Positions 24,001 to 35,035 of a stretch of DNA of 64,000 nucleotides are shown in pieces. Source of the DNA: Strigamia acuminata (Eukaryota). Below the pieces are notes generated by a model. It had not been told where the DNA came from. It searched no databases and saw only the letters and a program-made list of their open reading frames with translations. The first letter of the stretch is position 1, and the number at the start of each line of letters is the position of its first letter. The stretch is from the NCBI GenBank assembly GCA_949358305.1, contig OX442314.1:744001-808000 (forward strand), read 5' to 3'. The position numbers and the translations under genes were made by a program.

Positions 24001-24921
24001 ACGCCGAGCATCGAGCAAATAATTAATCCCAAATGACGCAACACTGCGCTCGTCCTTGAACGTCTCGCCGTCCTTCCACCACACCACACCACGCATAACT
24101 CCGTGCCTTGACTGACTAATTCGCTCACCTTTGACGAGCGTTATGCGCTCATCGAACTGAGTTGTCAGGGTGCGATTCGGATCCATGCGGTGCTGGACGA
24201 GTGGCGACCGCGGCAGACGCCGATGACGTCTGCCACCCTCAGCTGCCAAATGCGGAAACGCTTTGTCCATCGACCACTTGAGCCATTGGAAGCAACTAGC
24301 GGCAGAAAATCGCCTTTTTCCGTCCCGAAAAACGAGAAAGTTCGCCTAACGCGAATCGTCGAGCTTCACTGTCGAGTCGCAGCTCGTCGATCGATCCCGG
24401 CGTGCACCGCGCGCAGCATTGCACCCACAACACCCACTCGTTCTCTCACGACTCGCCACGAGCGATTGAATGCCAACAGGAAGCAAAATCATCGACTCTT
24501 ATGCAACGCTCGAGCGAGGAAGGAACGAGGACGCCTTTATTTACCCACACGGCCGTCAGGGGTCGATTTTTACATCGCTCGTCGCTTCGCGCAGATGGAT
24601 GGAACACCTGGTCACCTTTAATTGGTGATTTAATTGTGTTGCGCCATCTGGGCAGCGGCGAGAGCGAGGATGCGACTCCATCCAGGCCTAGTTTTACCAT
24701 TGGGCTAACTGGGGTGCAGCACAGGGGGGCACAAGGGGGGCAACTGATTTTTATTAGCCCAGGGTGCTGAAAAGTGTAAAGACGGTCCTGACTCCACGTG
24801 TGGCTCACTCACCTGCGAGGTATTGGATCGTCTGCAGATATTCTAATTCTTTTTCGTCGACGTAATCTTGCGATTGGTTCGCCACGATCTCGGCCGTGGT
24901 CAGTTGGTGCTGCGCGTCCAT
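1..24921 (-). CDS. Msp300: Nesprin-1/MSP-300-like giant spectrin-repeat protein, 5' part (about 37 exons; 3' end lies beyond the window start)
   Basis: Spliced by hand with GT-AG sites: 24921-24813, 23876-23815, 23748-23653, 22775-22692, 22630-22538, 21592-21381, 21315-21119, 21061-20850. These give tandem CH domains (DEQERVQKKTFVNWINS...IEDIRDGTRLIALLQVLSG...[40 protein letters not shown]...SDFGPSWRDGYAFLALI...LLDPEDVDVPQPDERSIMTYVAQF). About 29 further helical, Trp-patterned spectrin-repeat exons follow (e.g. 7796-6833, 11692-11363, 15115-14789), down to 324-<1. No KASH domain in the window. Confidence 0.9.
368..1060. mobile_element. Non-autonomous hAT-like MITE with internal minisatellite (family A, copy 1)
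   Basis: Right end ...GCGGGAAAACAGAAACCCTA is shared with the copies at 4862 and 12583. 8-bp flanking duplication TTGGTTAC (360-367 / 1061-1068). Confidence 0.75.
2453..2851. mobile_element. hAT-like MITE (family B)
   Basis: TIR AGAGACCGGATA...TATCCGGTCTCT; 8-bp TSD TTTATTAT (2445-2452 / 2852-2859). Confidence 0.7.
3715..4385. repeat. Intronic 21-bp minisatellite
   Basis: Unit about AAACTGCAATTTTCGCATCTA, roughly 30 copies. Confidence 0.9.
4862..5675. mobile_element. Non-autonomous hAT-like MITE with internal ~51-bp minisatellite (family A, complete copy)
   Basis: TIR CAGGGTTTC...GAAACCCTA; exact 8-bp TSD ATCACTTT (4854-4861 / 5676-5683). Confidence 0.85.
6196..6392. mobile_element. MITE with TA-flanked TIRs (Tc1/mariner-pogo type), inserted in a 21-bp satellite
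   Basis: TACCGTAGCGCTCCGTTTAAACGCCCGGG ... CCCGGGCGTTTAAACAGGGCGGTACGGTA imperfect inverted repeat. Confidence 0.75.
7880..8245. repeat. Intronic ~31-bp minisatellite
   Basis: Unit about AATTATCAAATTTTGTTGAAATTTCACAAAA. Confidence 0.9.
8956..10510 (+). pseudogene. Polinton/adintovirus-like fragment: three C2H2 zinc fingers followed by a protein-primed PolB N-terminal region; frameshifted and truncated, inside a nesprin intron
   Basis: Intronless ORFs 8929-9876 and 9950-10558 join through one frameshift near 9870. Three CxxC-x12-H fingers, then GSGW...GGTYIPLP...KKAIIKVQNEDSLCFLRSVLAALHP...HYCWIKNLNKLL...YCKYCLH, motifs I recognise from Polinton-type PolB N-termini. Polymerase core absent. 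Confidence 0.75.
11720..12140. repeat. Intronic ~10-bp minisatellite
   Basis: Unit about AAAATTGGTA. Confidence 0.9.
12583..12994. mobile_element. hAT-like MITE family A, copy 3 (left terminus deleted)
   Basis: Same body and GAAACCCTA right end; flanks TTCAAATT / TTCAAATC (7/8 TSD match); three 51-bp internal units. Confidence 0.75.
13365..13760. repeat. Intronic ~31-bp minisatellite
   Basis: Unit about AAAATGACTAAATTTGAGTCAAAAATAGCCA. Confidence 0.9.
14254..14760. mobile_element. hAT-like MITE (family C); truncated sister copy at about 18887-19385
   Basis: TIR TAGGGTTGCACCGAATATTC...GAATATTCGGTGCAACCCT; near-TSD (A/T)TTCATAA. The sister copy starts TAGGGTTGCAGAGAATATTCG and its internal 20-bp unit is expanded. 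Confidence 0.75.
15185..15840. repeat. Intronic 20/31-bp minisatellite
   Basis: TTTGATAAATTTTTCACGAA about 7 times, then ~31-bp variants. Confidence 0.9.
20130..20845. repeat. Intronic 31-bp minisatellite
   Basis: Unit GTGAAAATCACTGATTTTAATCAATTTTTGT, degenerating rightwards. Confidence 0.9.
21765..22270. repeat. Intronic 20-bp minisatellite
   Basis: Unit AAATTCATTTTTGCATGTAA. Confidence 0.9.
22921..23648. repeat. Intronic ~51-bp minisatellite containing a 20-bp perfect palindrome
   Basis: TATAACGAAATTTCGTTATA plus a constant AT-rich linker, about 14 copies. Confidence 0.9.
24129..24270 (-). CDS. Alternative first coding exon of the nesprin gene
   Basis: ATG at 24270 reads MDKAFPHL...QFDERITLVK, then an AG|GTGAGC donor in phase 1, compatible with the (D)EQERVQKK exon. 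Confidence 0.6.
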
Positions 24922-25455
24922 GTCAGAGTTCGGTGCCGGTCGAAACCAACTTCATCTAAAAATTATTTTTTAAAAAAATAAAAATAAAAATTTAAAATTA
25001 ATTAAACCTATTTTTATTTATGTATTTATTTATTTAATCGCACTCCAAAGGAGTAAAAAGAAATGAGATACAAGTGATTTTTAAAATTAATTAAACCATT
25101 GGATCGCGTTTTCTGTGATACAAAATATCTCTATTTTAGATTTTTAAAATTAATTAAACCTATTTTTCGATTTTTAATTGTTTTGCACCTGTCGGCCATT
25201 ACTTAAAATTTTTTTTTAGTTTTTTTTTTTGGGGGGGGGAAAGGGGGATTTTTTTTTTTAAGTTATTTTTTCAACCTTGAGCTTCAACTCCGTGACTTGA
25301 CTACGAATCGCGGTTCAAAGTATGTCATCTTGACTAAATATCTTCATAAAAATAAACCAGTTGTAGACCGCGAGCTATTTTCACTCATGTCTGACTTCGT
25401 GCCAAGAAAAAACGCAATTTTCCACATTTTCGCCACCAAAAACTCGAAATTTCAC

Positions 25456-26386
25456 CTGTTTCCCTTCGTTTCGCTCATTTCCCCCTCATCGTGGATGTTA
25501 ACACACCACTCACCGTCACTACTGCGAGCAGCTTCGCAACCCGTGGTCCTTAGATGACCGTAATCCGAGAGAAGATGAAACAATCCAAAAATAACTGCCG
25601 AATCGACGGGCAGACGACGGCCCGAGCACCTCAATAACACGCGCCACCGACAGTTGGCGCAGCGAAAATGAGCACGCTCTGGCGACGAAAACGCCCAGAT
25701 GGCGAACCAAAAAATTATTTTTTAAATGTTTTTTAAATTAAAACTAAATAGTATCCATTTATCAGATTAAAAGAAGCATTAGGGAACAAATAAAGGTTGA
25801 AATCGGAGCAATAAATTGCGTAATGCCGGGTTTGGGAAAATGCTTATCGCAGCTTAGGACTAAAATAAACGAATGGTAATTCGCATCTTTTGAGTCTGCC
25901 CATCGACCCACGCTCCGCACAAATCAAAATACTCGACATTCCGCCAACCGCCAACGCTAACTACTATTTTTTAATCAACTAATTCAATTTGTTTAACTCA
26001 ATTTTATTTTTGAAGGGTAAAAAACACGAGAAATGCATTTTTTTATCACTTTTTTTATACATTACACCAATTTCGAAACGGGAATCGACGCATCTAAGTC
26101 TCGGATGACCTAAAACTAAAACAAAACATAAATTAAATTAAAAGAGTAGATGTAATTCCGATTTTAAAGCTAATTTTACCACTTAAATTCGTTCAAATCC
26201 GTATCGCCATTAAATCATTTTGCAACCTGCCCGACAGATGGCGGAGTGAATTGTTTCCAAAATCCACCGCCAGTCGTGGTTTAACTCGTCTTGTCTTCGC
26301 TGCTCTCTCTCGTACACGACTGATGTGGAATAAGTGAGGTAAAAGTGAAAATTCAACACCCAAGTGTCGTTAAAATCTGTAATAAG
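25456..26386. promoter_or_regulatory. Divergent promoter region shared by nesprin (-) and CHP1 (+), with a probable non-coding nesprin first exon ending at 25456
   Basis: Head-to-head start codons (24921 / 26387); AG|GTGAAA donor at 25456 on the minus strand; AGATGGCG motifs near 25697 and 26236. Confidence 0.5.
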
Positions 26387-28015
26387 ATGGGGAATAAATC
26401 GTCCTTGTTACTACAAGAAGAAGAAATAGCTCAAATACAGGAAGAAACAGGCTGTGAGTACATAAATGACGTCATCGTCACGATAAATTACATAAGTAAA
26501 CACGAATGAGTAAAAATGTCAAATTGCGAATTACTCGGCATTAAAAACGTTTTAATTTTTTTGTCGTTTAACTATTGCGTATTAGCGTGGTGTGAAATGA
26601 AGTTGGGCACTTCCTTCTTGAAAATCCTTGGCCTCGTTCTAATTGAATAATTATTCGCTAATTTGTTATTGCAGTTTCACCGAGTCAGATTGAACGACTT
26701 TACAGTCGATTTACGAGTCTGGACAAAGGCGATAATGGAGTTTTGGGGTAAATATGGCACAAAATTAAAGAAAATTAATCAATCAAAATTTGTGTTGCAG
26801 CTAAAAATACATTTGTATGCGTAAAAATCATTTTTCAATGCAAAAATTGTCCTGCATTATTAAAAGAATGTATTTTTTGCATGTAAGATTCATTTTTATG
26901 TGCACAAAATCGTACAAAACCAATTTTTGCACGTAAAAAATCAATTTTGCATCTACAAATTCATTTTTGCACGTAAAAAAAATGATTTTTTCACGTAGAA
27001 AAATGATTTTTGCACGTAAAAATTGGTTTTTGCACGTAAAAATTGGTTTTTGCACGTAAAAAATTATTTATGCACGTAAATAAATTATTTTGCACGTAAA
27101 TAAATCATTTTTGCACGTAAAAAAATCATTTTTGCACGTAAAAAAATCATTTTTGCACGTAAAAAAATCATTTTTGCACGTAAAAAAATCATTTTTGCAC
27201 GTAAAAAAATCATTTTTGCACGTAAAAAAATCATTTTTGCACGTAAAAATTAATTTTTGTTCGTAAAAAATCAATTTTTTCTGTGCATAAAATCATTTGA
27301 AGTGCAAAATTGATTTGTTTTGATGACATAAGCATAAAAATGAATTTTAAAGAACTAATAGATAGAAATTCAAAATTGTTTTATTAATTTCAGACGCGAA
27401 GATTTCCTTCGAATTCCAGAATTGGCCATTAACCCTCTCGGTGACCGAATCGTGCACGCATTTTTTATGGAGAGGTAAAATGTGAAATACTCGTAAACCT
27501 TGAATTAAACGTTAAAATTTGATTCGTTTTTCTAGTTCTGACGACCGGGTTAATTTCCGCGAGTTTATGCGCGTTTTAGCCCGTTTTCGGCCCATCAAAA
27601 AGAATCGTGAGAACAAGATGAACAGCAGAGAGGAGAAATTGCGTTGTAAATAATTTTTTTTTTTAATTTAAAAAAAAAAAAAAATTATTTATTTTTTTTT
27701 TTTTATTAGTCGCTTTCAGAATGTACGATCTCGACGACAACAGCCGAATCTCGCGAGATGAAGTTCTTCAAGTATTACACATGATGGTGGGCGCCAATAT
27801 TTCCGAAGATCAAGTAAATTTAAATATTTAAATCACGATTTAATTTCGGCGGCCATTACGAGTGTTCCTATATTCAACAGTTGATTAGCATCGCTGAGCG
27901 CACCATCATCGAGGCGGATAAAGATGGCGACCAGATGATCTCGTTCGACGAGTTTTGCGACGCATTGGCGCGAACGGACGTCGAACAAAAAATGAGCATC
28001 CGCTTCCTTCATTGA
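26387..28015 (+). CDS. CHP1: Calcineurin B homologous protein 1 (EF-hand, N-myristoylation-type start), six exons
   Basis: Exons 26387-26453, 26675-26747, 27394-27474, 27536-27645, 27710-27813, 27881-28015 give MGNKSSLLLQEEEIAQIQEETGFSPSQIERLYSRFTSLDKGDNG...REDFLRIPELAINPLGDRIVHAFF...FAFRMYDLDDNSRISRDEV...TIIEADKDGDQMISFDEF...DVEQKMSIRFLH*. Confidence 0.96.
26900..27275. repeat. 21-bp minisatellite in CHP1 intron 2
   Basis: Unit AAAAATCATTTTTGCACGTAA. Confidence 0.9.
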
Positions 28016-28449
28016 CTCCAAATAGTTCCACACATTATTTACGATGTAAAAATAAAAATGTAACGCGTATATTTACAACATTCCGTTGAAACGTGTCTGG
28101 AATTGCGTTCATTTAATTTATTTCGTTAATTTTTTCACATTTCCTGACGTGAAAAATCTAAAAATGCTTTTAAAGTGAAAATTCGAGAAACAAATACAAG
28201 TTTTAAAATTTCTGCGGATATGTGGAAGACAAATCAAGTTTTCATCTTTCTTCTCGTTACATTTCAGATGTTAGTTCGCAGCCGGATGACCGTCGTGATT
28301 CTAAGCCGTTTGTGCATCTCGCTTTATGATATCACTAACCCAAAATCAATTTTTTTTTTTTTATATTGTTATATTATTTGGCCAAGAAAAGGATGTTTTT
28401 GTTCAAAACTTGAATGTTTTAAGAAACAAAATGATTGTTTTGGCCGCAA

Positions 28450-28800
28450 TATGAATTTCTGGTCCCAAAAACTGAATTTTGAGTCAAAAAACTGAATTTT
28501 GAGTCAAAAAACTGAATTTTTAGTCAAAAAACTGAATTTTTAGTCAAAAAAACTGAATTTTTAGTCAAAAAACTGAATTTTTAGTCAAAAAAACAGAATT
28601 TTCAGTCCAAAATATTGAATTTTCAGTCCAAAAAACTGAATTTTCAGTCCAAAAAACTGAATTTTCAGTCCAAAAAACTGAATTTTCAGTCCAAAAAACT
28701 GAATTTTCAGTCCAAAAAACTGAATTTTCAGTCCAAAAAACTGAATTTTCAGTCCAAAAAACTGAATTTTCAGTCCAAAAAACTGAATTTTCAGTCCAAT
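28450..28800. repeat. 21-bp minisatellite downstream of CHP1
   Basis: Unit AAAAACTGAATTTTCAGTCCA. Confidence 0.9.
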
Positions 28801-29531
28801 TTTTCTACGTTTGTATTTCTGTTGTAATAATGGATTCATGAAGTTTTGATCATATTTAATACACACTTAAATTTTACAGCCCAATAGTTACTGCAATGAT
28901 CGCAAAAGGTAAACAAAACTGGAGATAGTGTTTAAGGCATAAAATAAAAAAATAAAAAATTTTTGAAAGTAAAAATCTATTTTTAAGTGCACTTTTATAA
29001 ACAAGATGAAGAGCAAAGAGGAGAGGTTGTGTCGCAGATATTACAATCACTTAAAAAATTGATTTTTTTCTCTTAAACCGACTAATTATTCGCTTTAGCA
29101 ATGTACAACATTGTTTAAACTGTTTGCCATTGCGTTTATTTCAAGTGGAAACACAAAATTTCTTTCATCAAATTAAATTTTTCTTTTTCTTATTTTTATA
29201 TTTAAAAGCTTAGTTTAGTAATTTGTAGCTAGATGGCGACTGAAACGAGGTTTGGATGAGAATATTGGGTAAATGGGGCAGTGCAATTCAATGAGCAAAT
29301 TCTATCAAATCCAAATGTAATTTACACGGAAAATAAACAGCAGAAAGAAAAATGCAAAAACTAAAATCATTTTTCTTTATACAACTTAAATTTATTGGAA
29401 AATAAAATAATTGACTCACAGATTATAACCAGCATCCACCTGGCGACAAAATTGAGTGTAAACAAACAAAGAAACATAATAAATTTCTAAATCGTCTTAG
29501 TTACAGAACACACGCGCAATTTCACACTTAC

Positions 29532-32500
29532 TGTGTTGTTAGATGCTCAAATCTGGAGGCTGATGAAATAACATGAGGACGCCATTACAGTGTAGAAACA
29601 ACAACTAGTGCCACCTTTTAATGGTACACATAAGTATAATACAAGAACGCCATCTGGCGTGATAAATACACAACATACCACACATCCCCCTCCCAGTTAC
29701 AAAGTTATAATTGGAACGAAACAAACGAAAAGACTTCTTAGCATTCTTCAATGAGCCGACTTGGCTTGTTGACCGCTCTTCCGCTCCTCGTAACCATTGG
29801 TCTTGGAGATGTTCGCCTCGTCTCTGGTGATTGTCGAACTGGAACCGGAATCTCGGCCGTCGCTGGTGCCTGTTGATCCATTGGTGGTTCCTCGACCTCA
29901 CTGGACTCATCTGCTTGGCTGTCCCCTGGATCGATGTCGTCCGGCTTGTCCGAATCGTCCTTCAGTGGGATGAGGTGGAATCGATTGCGTTGCACCGTTT
30001 GCTTGTCGGTGTTAACAATGTATGAGCGCGGTCGTCCCGCCTTCTTCTCGATGACGCCCGATCGCCTCAAATCAATGATCCAAACCCTCTCGCCTGGTTG
30101 TAGATCTGGAAGATCCCTCGCTCGATGTCGCTTATCGAAATTCCTCTTTTGGTCTGCTATTCTCTTCTCCTCCTTCCCCCGAAGAAGTTTCGCATCTGGA
30201 GTCTTTGGCATCAGTTGGGTTGCGGCGATCGGAACTTCGGTCCTGATTTTCCGCCCCATCAGCAGCTCCGCGGGTGAGAATCCGTTTGCCAGTGGAGTCG
30301 CACGATAGCTTTGAAGTGCTTTAAAGCCGTCGCTAGATTTCTTCAAAATCCGCTTGATGACTTTGACCCCGGCTTCTGCGAACCCGTTACTCTGAGGATA
30401 TTTCGGACTCGATGTAGTGTGGATAAATTTCCAGTCTGTCGCGAATATGGAAAACTCCGATTTTAATAGAGTTCCAAATTGCGTTCCATTATCGCTGACC
30501 ACCTCTTGTGGTGTACCATGTCGCGAAAATATAGATTTTAGGAATAGAATCACTTCGCTTTCCTTGAGCGATGTCAGCGTCTTGACTTCTGGATACCGCG
30601 AGTAGTAATCTTCAACGAGCAAATACCACTGACGATCCAAGTAGAAAAGATCCATGCCAACTTTTTGCCATGGCCGTTTCGGGAATTCCGCTGGCATGAG
30701 TGGTTCGTGAGGATTTGTGGACTCTTTGATGCATTCCGTACACGTGGAAATGCGTTTTTCAACGTCCCTCGAAATCCCTGGCCACCAAACCGCAGACCTT
30801 GCCCTGGCTCGACATTTTGTGATTCCTAAGTGTCCCGTGTGGATCTTGTCGAATATGAATTCTCGTAATTCCGCTGGGATCACAATCCTTGACCCTTTCA
30901 TGAGTAGGCCTTCTTCTATGGCTATCTCATCTCGGTATTGCCAAAAATCCCCTAACCCTTGTGGTAATTGATCTTTGACTGGCCATCCATGTTGACTGAA
31001 CTGCCGAAGCTTGATGCAAATCGGATCCCTATTCTGGACATCAATGATTTCACCCAAGCGTTGGTCAGTCGCTTGAAGATGCTTGGTAATCAGCTGCACA
31101 TATGCAGTCACGCAACCCTCGAGTCGTTGCTCAATGTCGCCATCTTCTTCAGTGTCCGGCAATGGACGCCTTGACAAAACATCAGCCGCGCCTAACTCCT
31201 TGCCTGGAATGTGCTTGACCGTGTAGCAGTATCGCTGAAGTCGAAGTCGCATTCGTTGCAATTTCGGAGTGATCTCGTCAAGTTCCTTTGTCATTAAGAT
31301 GGGTACTAACGGCTTGTGGTCAGTTTCCAGACAGACGGGAATTCCAATGATGAAGTTCTTGAACCTCTCACATGCCCATACGAGAGCATATCCCTCTTAC
31401 TCTATCTGTGCCCAATTCTTCTGACATTTCGTTAAGGTTTTACTCGCGTAGGCAATCGGCCTGAATTTGCCGTCTTTTTGCTTTTGTTTAAGCACTGCAC
31501 CGACTCCGTATGAAGACGCATCTGCTGTGATCACTGTCTCTCTCGTAGGATCGAACCACGCTAATGTTGGGGCCTTTGATAATTCCTCTTTAATGGCGTC
31601 AAACGCTGCTTCTTGCTGCGTCCCCCATCGGAATTCATTCTTGCCGCCCAATAGTTCATTTAATGGGTGTGCTTTCGTTGCCAAATTCGGGATGAATCTA
31701 CCCAGGTAATTGACTGAACCCAGTAGACTTCGTAATTCCGACACATTTTCGGGCTTGCCCATTTTTCTAATGGCAACTATCCGGTCGTCATCGACATGAA
31801 CTCCGGCTTGATCAATGATGTGTCCCAGGAATTTTATCTTGGTTTTCCCGAACTCGCATTTCGCTACGTTCAACGTTATTCCCGCTTCTAGCAAGCGTTG
31901 GAGTACTGCACGTAAACGTCTATCATGTTCCTCGATGGTGTCGCCATAAACCAATATGTCATCAACGTTGACTTGCTTGCCTTCCAATCCTTCGAGAATT
32001 TCGCTCATTCTCTTCTGAAAGAATTCAGGTGCTGCATTTATGCCGAAAGGAAGCCTCTTGAACATGTATCGGCCAAATGGAGTGATGAATGTTGTCAACA
32101 GCCGTGATTCGGCATCCAACTGACACTGCCAAAAGCCATGATTGGCGTCGAGCTTTGAAAAATACTTTGCTTTCCCAAGCCGACCCAACACGTTCTCAGT
32201 AACGGGCATCGGATGTGTTTCTCGCATCACGTAGCGATTAAGCCTCACATAATCCACGCACATGCGAATCGATCCGTCGGGCTTCGGTGCCAAAACCAGC
32301 CCAGAACACCAATCTGTTGGTTCTTCTACCCGTTCTATTACTCCCAATAATACCATCTTGTCGAGGTTTGCTTTTATCTCGTTTAGTAGAGGAATCGGAA
32401 CTCTTCGAGGTGTCATTAACGCATATGGACTTGCATCAGGTTTCAGTCGTATTTTGTACGGTATTTCGACGCGCCCCAAACCGCTGAATAGCTTCGGGTA

Positions 32501-34325
32501 AGCCGTCTTCGGATCGAATGACATCTTTGGTGTCTTCTCCGTTTTCACCGCATCAACTCCGCAACGTCTGATGATGTCCAACTCTTCGCAGGTATCGCCA
32601 TCTAGTAATGGCTGCATCAAACCTCGAACGACGTAGATCGCTGTTAATTTCGACCGTCCTCGGTACTCGATTTTCTCCCATAACATTCCTAATGTTTCCA
32701 TTTTTCCTTTGGTCGCATTGTGCAAGTTCAGCTCGGGTTTCCGTAATTTTCTATCGGAAAAATAGTCCATGTAGACTTCCTCGGGAATACATGTCGTTTC
32801 GGCGCCGGAATCTGCCTTGAATGTGATTCTTGCGTTCCTGATCTCGACCGACACATGCCATCTTCCCTGTCGACTGGCAACTCCATTGACTGATTCAATG
32901 TAAGCATCCGTCGTTTCATCGACCCCTTGAACCGCTGCACTTCGACAAACCCTCGCATAATGACCTTTGCGATTGCATTTGTGACATGTCAGCCTCGTTG
33001 CTGGGCAATCCTTCATCGGATGGAATCCGCCGCCACATCTGCCGCAATTACTCGAGTTTTTCGATGCATTCTTCGGCTGTGTCTTGGGACCGCCGTCCGG
33101 TTTGCTCGATTTCCCGCTGTCATCTGGCTGTTCTGTCTTCCTTTTCCAGAAGTTTGATCGTTGCACCTTCTTGGAGTCAACTCGATCCACGGACTTATTG
33201 GTCGATGACGCTTCCAGCAATGTTTTCGACTGCGAATTGACCTGTTCAGACTGTTTCGTCATCTCGATTGCCTTCGCCAATGTCAAGTTGCTTTGAAGCT
33301 GAAGCTTCTTTGCCATCGCCTTGTCCCGGATGCCATTCACGATCTTATCGCGGATAAACTCGTTGTACAATGCATCAAATTTGCAGTGCTTGGCCGCTGT
33401 GTGCAATGCCGTGATGTATTCGTCCATTGTTTCACCGTCCTTTTGCTGGCGGTTGTAGAACATGGCTCGCTCATAAATCACGTTTGTTGTCGTAACAAAT
33501 TTTGCCTCAAAAGCTGACTTCACTTTTGCATAATCGTGCTTGTCTGGATCCGCCAATTTAAATGATGTGTAAATGTCATTTGCTGTGTCCCCCATGTGGT
33601 AAAGGAGTGAAGCCACTTGCTTTTTGCCTGGCTGTGTGTCCAAATCCACCATGGAGCGAAACAACTCAAATCTGGCAATCCATCTTGGCCAATCTGCAGC
33701 ATTCTTGAAGTCAAATTCATCTGGTGGTTTGCAAATGCTGTGCTCCACTTTTGCCATTATTTGTGGAATGTTTTTCTCTTCCTTCTCCTCCTCTTGGTCC
33801 TCTAGTATGGGCTCAATGATGAGTAAGGCTAAAATTCCTTTTTCACTTCCTTCTCCTCCTCTTGGTCGTTTAGTATGGGCTTAATGATGAGGAAGGACTC
33901 AATTCCTTGTCTTCTTCAAACAAAAGGCACATTTGCCAGCTTCTACAGACGAAAATTGTCGAAAATTGACGAAAATAGACGAATCTCGAAGAATACTCGG
34001 CAAATAATCGGCGTGCTCGAGCTCGCGCATCAACGTCGCACTTGTTGCTCACGATCGCACGTCGTTTTCGGTCCCAAATGTCTGAATTTTGTATGGCCTA
34101 CCGTCCTTATTGACGTATCTTCACCCAGTTGATATTTCCAACCAATTTCCAGTGTGATTTCCGCTGCCACCATGTGTTGTTAGATGCTCAAATCTGGAGG
34201 CTGATGAAATAACATGAGGACGCCATTACAGTGTAGAAACAACAACTAGTGCCACCTTTTAATGGTACACATAAGTATAATACAAGAACGCCATCTGGCG
34301 TGATAAATACACAACATAACACACA
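29532..34325 (-). mobile_element. Full-length Ty3/Gypsy (Mag-like) LTR retrotransposon
   Basis: 153-bp TG...CA LTRs at 29532-29684 and 34173-34325 with one mismatch; 5-bp TSD CTTAC; PBS TGGTGGCAGCGG (tRNA-Leu 3' end); PPT GGGAGGGGGA. Confidence 0.97.
29738..33757 (-). pseudogene. Gag-Pol polyprotein (2 CCHC, PR, RT, RNase H, IN) broken by one in-frame stop at 31397-31399
   Basis: ADSGA protease, NVDDIL RT, ADASSYG RNase H, H-H-C-C and D,D(35)E integrase. WAQIE*EGYALVWACERF continues in frame into ORF 29738-31294. Confidence 0.93.
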
Positions 34326-34604
34326 CTTACCTTATATTTTCCTTTCGAATCTTGGCCCAAAAGCCGAAAAGCCTCGTTGCTTCTACTTCCAAACAATTTT
34401 TAAGTAGCGATTGCTTAGCCTGTGATGCAAATTGATCGGAGAAAAAATTCCGGTTTTTCTGAGTAATTCGTGCTAAACCCCGTCTTTATTTATTTAGTTC
34501 TCGTTTCTTTTCAAAGAGCAGAGCAGCGCTGTTATGAATATCAATAAATAACTCGCATCTCAAACACATTAATTTCTGAATTTAATAATGAAAGCTCGGT
34601 CAAA

Positions 34605-35035
34605 GCAACGACGACGACGCCATTGCGAATCGATCGAACAGTCCCGACGTGATCAAACGTGAACAAAATGACATATTCGCGGTATTTCATCGAAAAGTAA
34701 TGATAATATCTAAAGAAAATAATTAAAACAAATTTAATTCGTACATAGGAAGTGACTTCCAGCATGAACACGCCATCTGGTGCCTGTCCTGGCCGATCTA
34801 CGTCTCTGCCTGACGCCGAATGCACGTCCTGCAGTACAAGCGGCCGTCCGAGCACTCTTGCATTTCTTGCTTGAACAGTTCGTCCTCAAGCATCAGTTGC
34901 ACGTGACGTGCAATTGATGCTTGAGGACGAACTGCTCACAACTCGTGCAAGACATGCATCAGTCCTCCAACTGCAGCTTGTTCTGCGGAACTTGCAGTTC
35001 GATTTTTATCTGGCGCTCCGTTTCCTCGTCCATTT
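34605..35035. pseudogene. Rearranged RNF216-like relic: exon-1 fragment (+, about 34605-34757) fused to an inverted, decayed RING1 exon (-, about 34760-35035)
   Basis: The plus part resembles exon 1 and the exon-2 acceptor (GTACATAGGAAGTGACT). The minus part reads KMDEETERQIKIE...DGRLYCRTCIRRQAE with frameshifts. Confidence 0.65.

Noticed and set aside
26195..26210. Possible selenoprotein (ATG GCG ATA CGG ATT TGA on the minus strand, spliced into an open frame)
   Set aside because: No recognisable selenoprotein motif or SECIS element, and the splice model is unsupported.
31397..31399. Programmed stop-codon readthrough in the Gypsy pol
   Set aside because: The stop is inside RNase H at a conserved Lys codon, not at a gag-pol boundary; a nonsense mutation is simpler.
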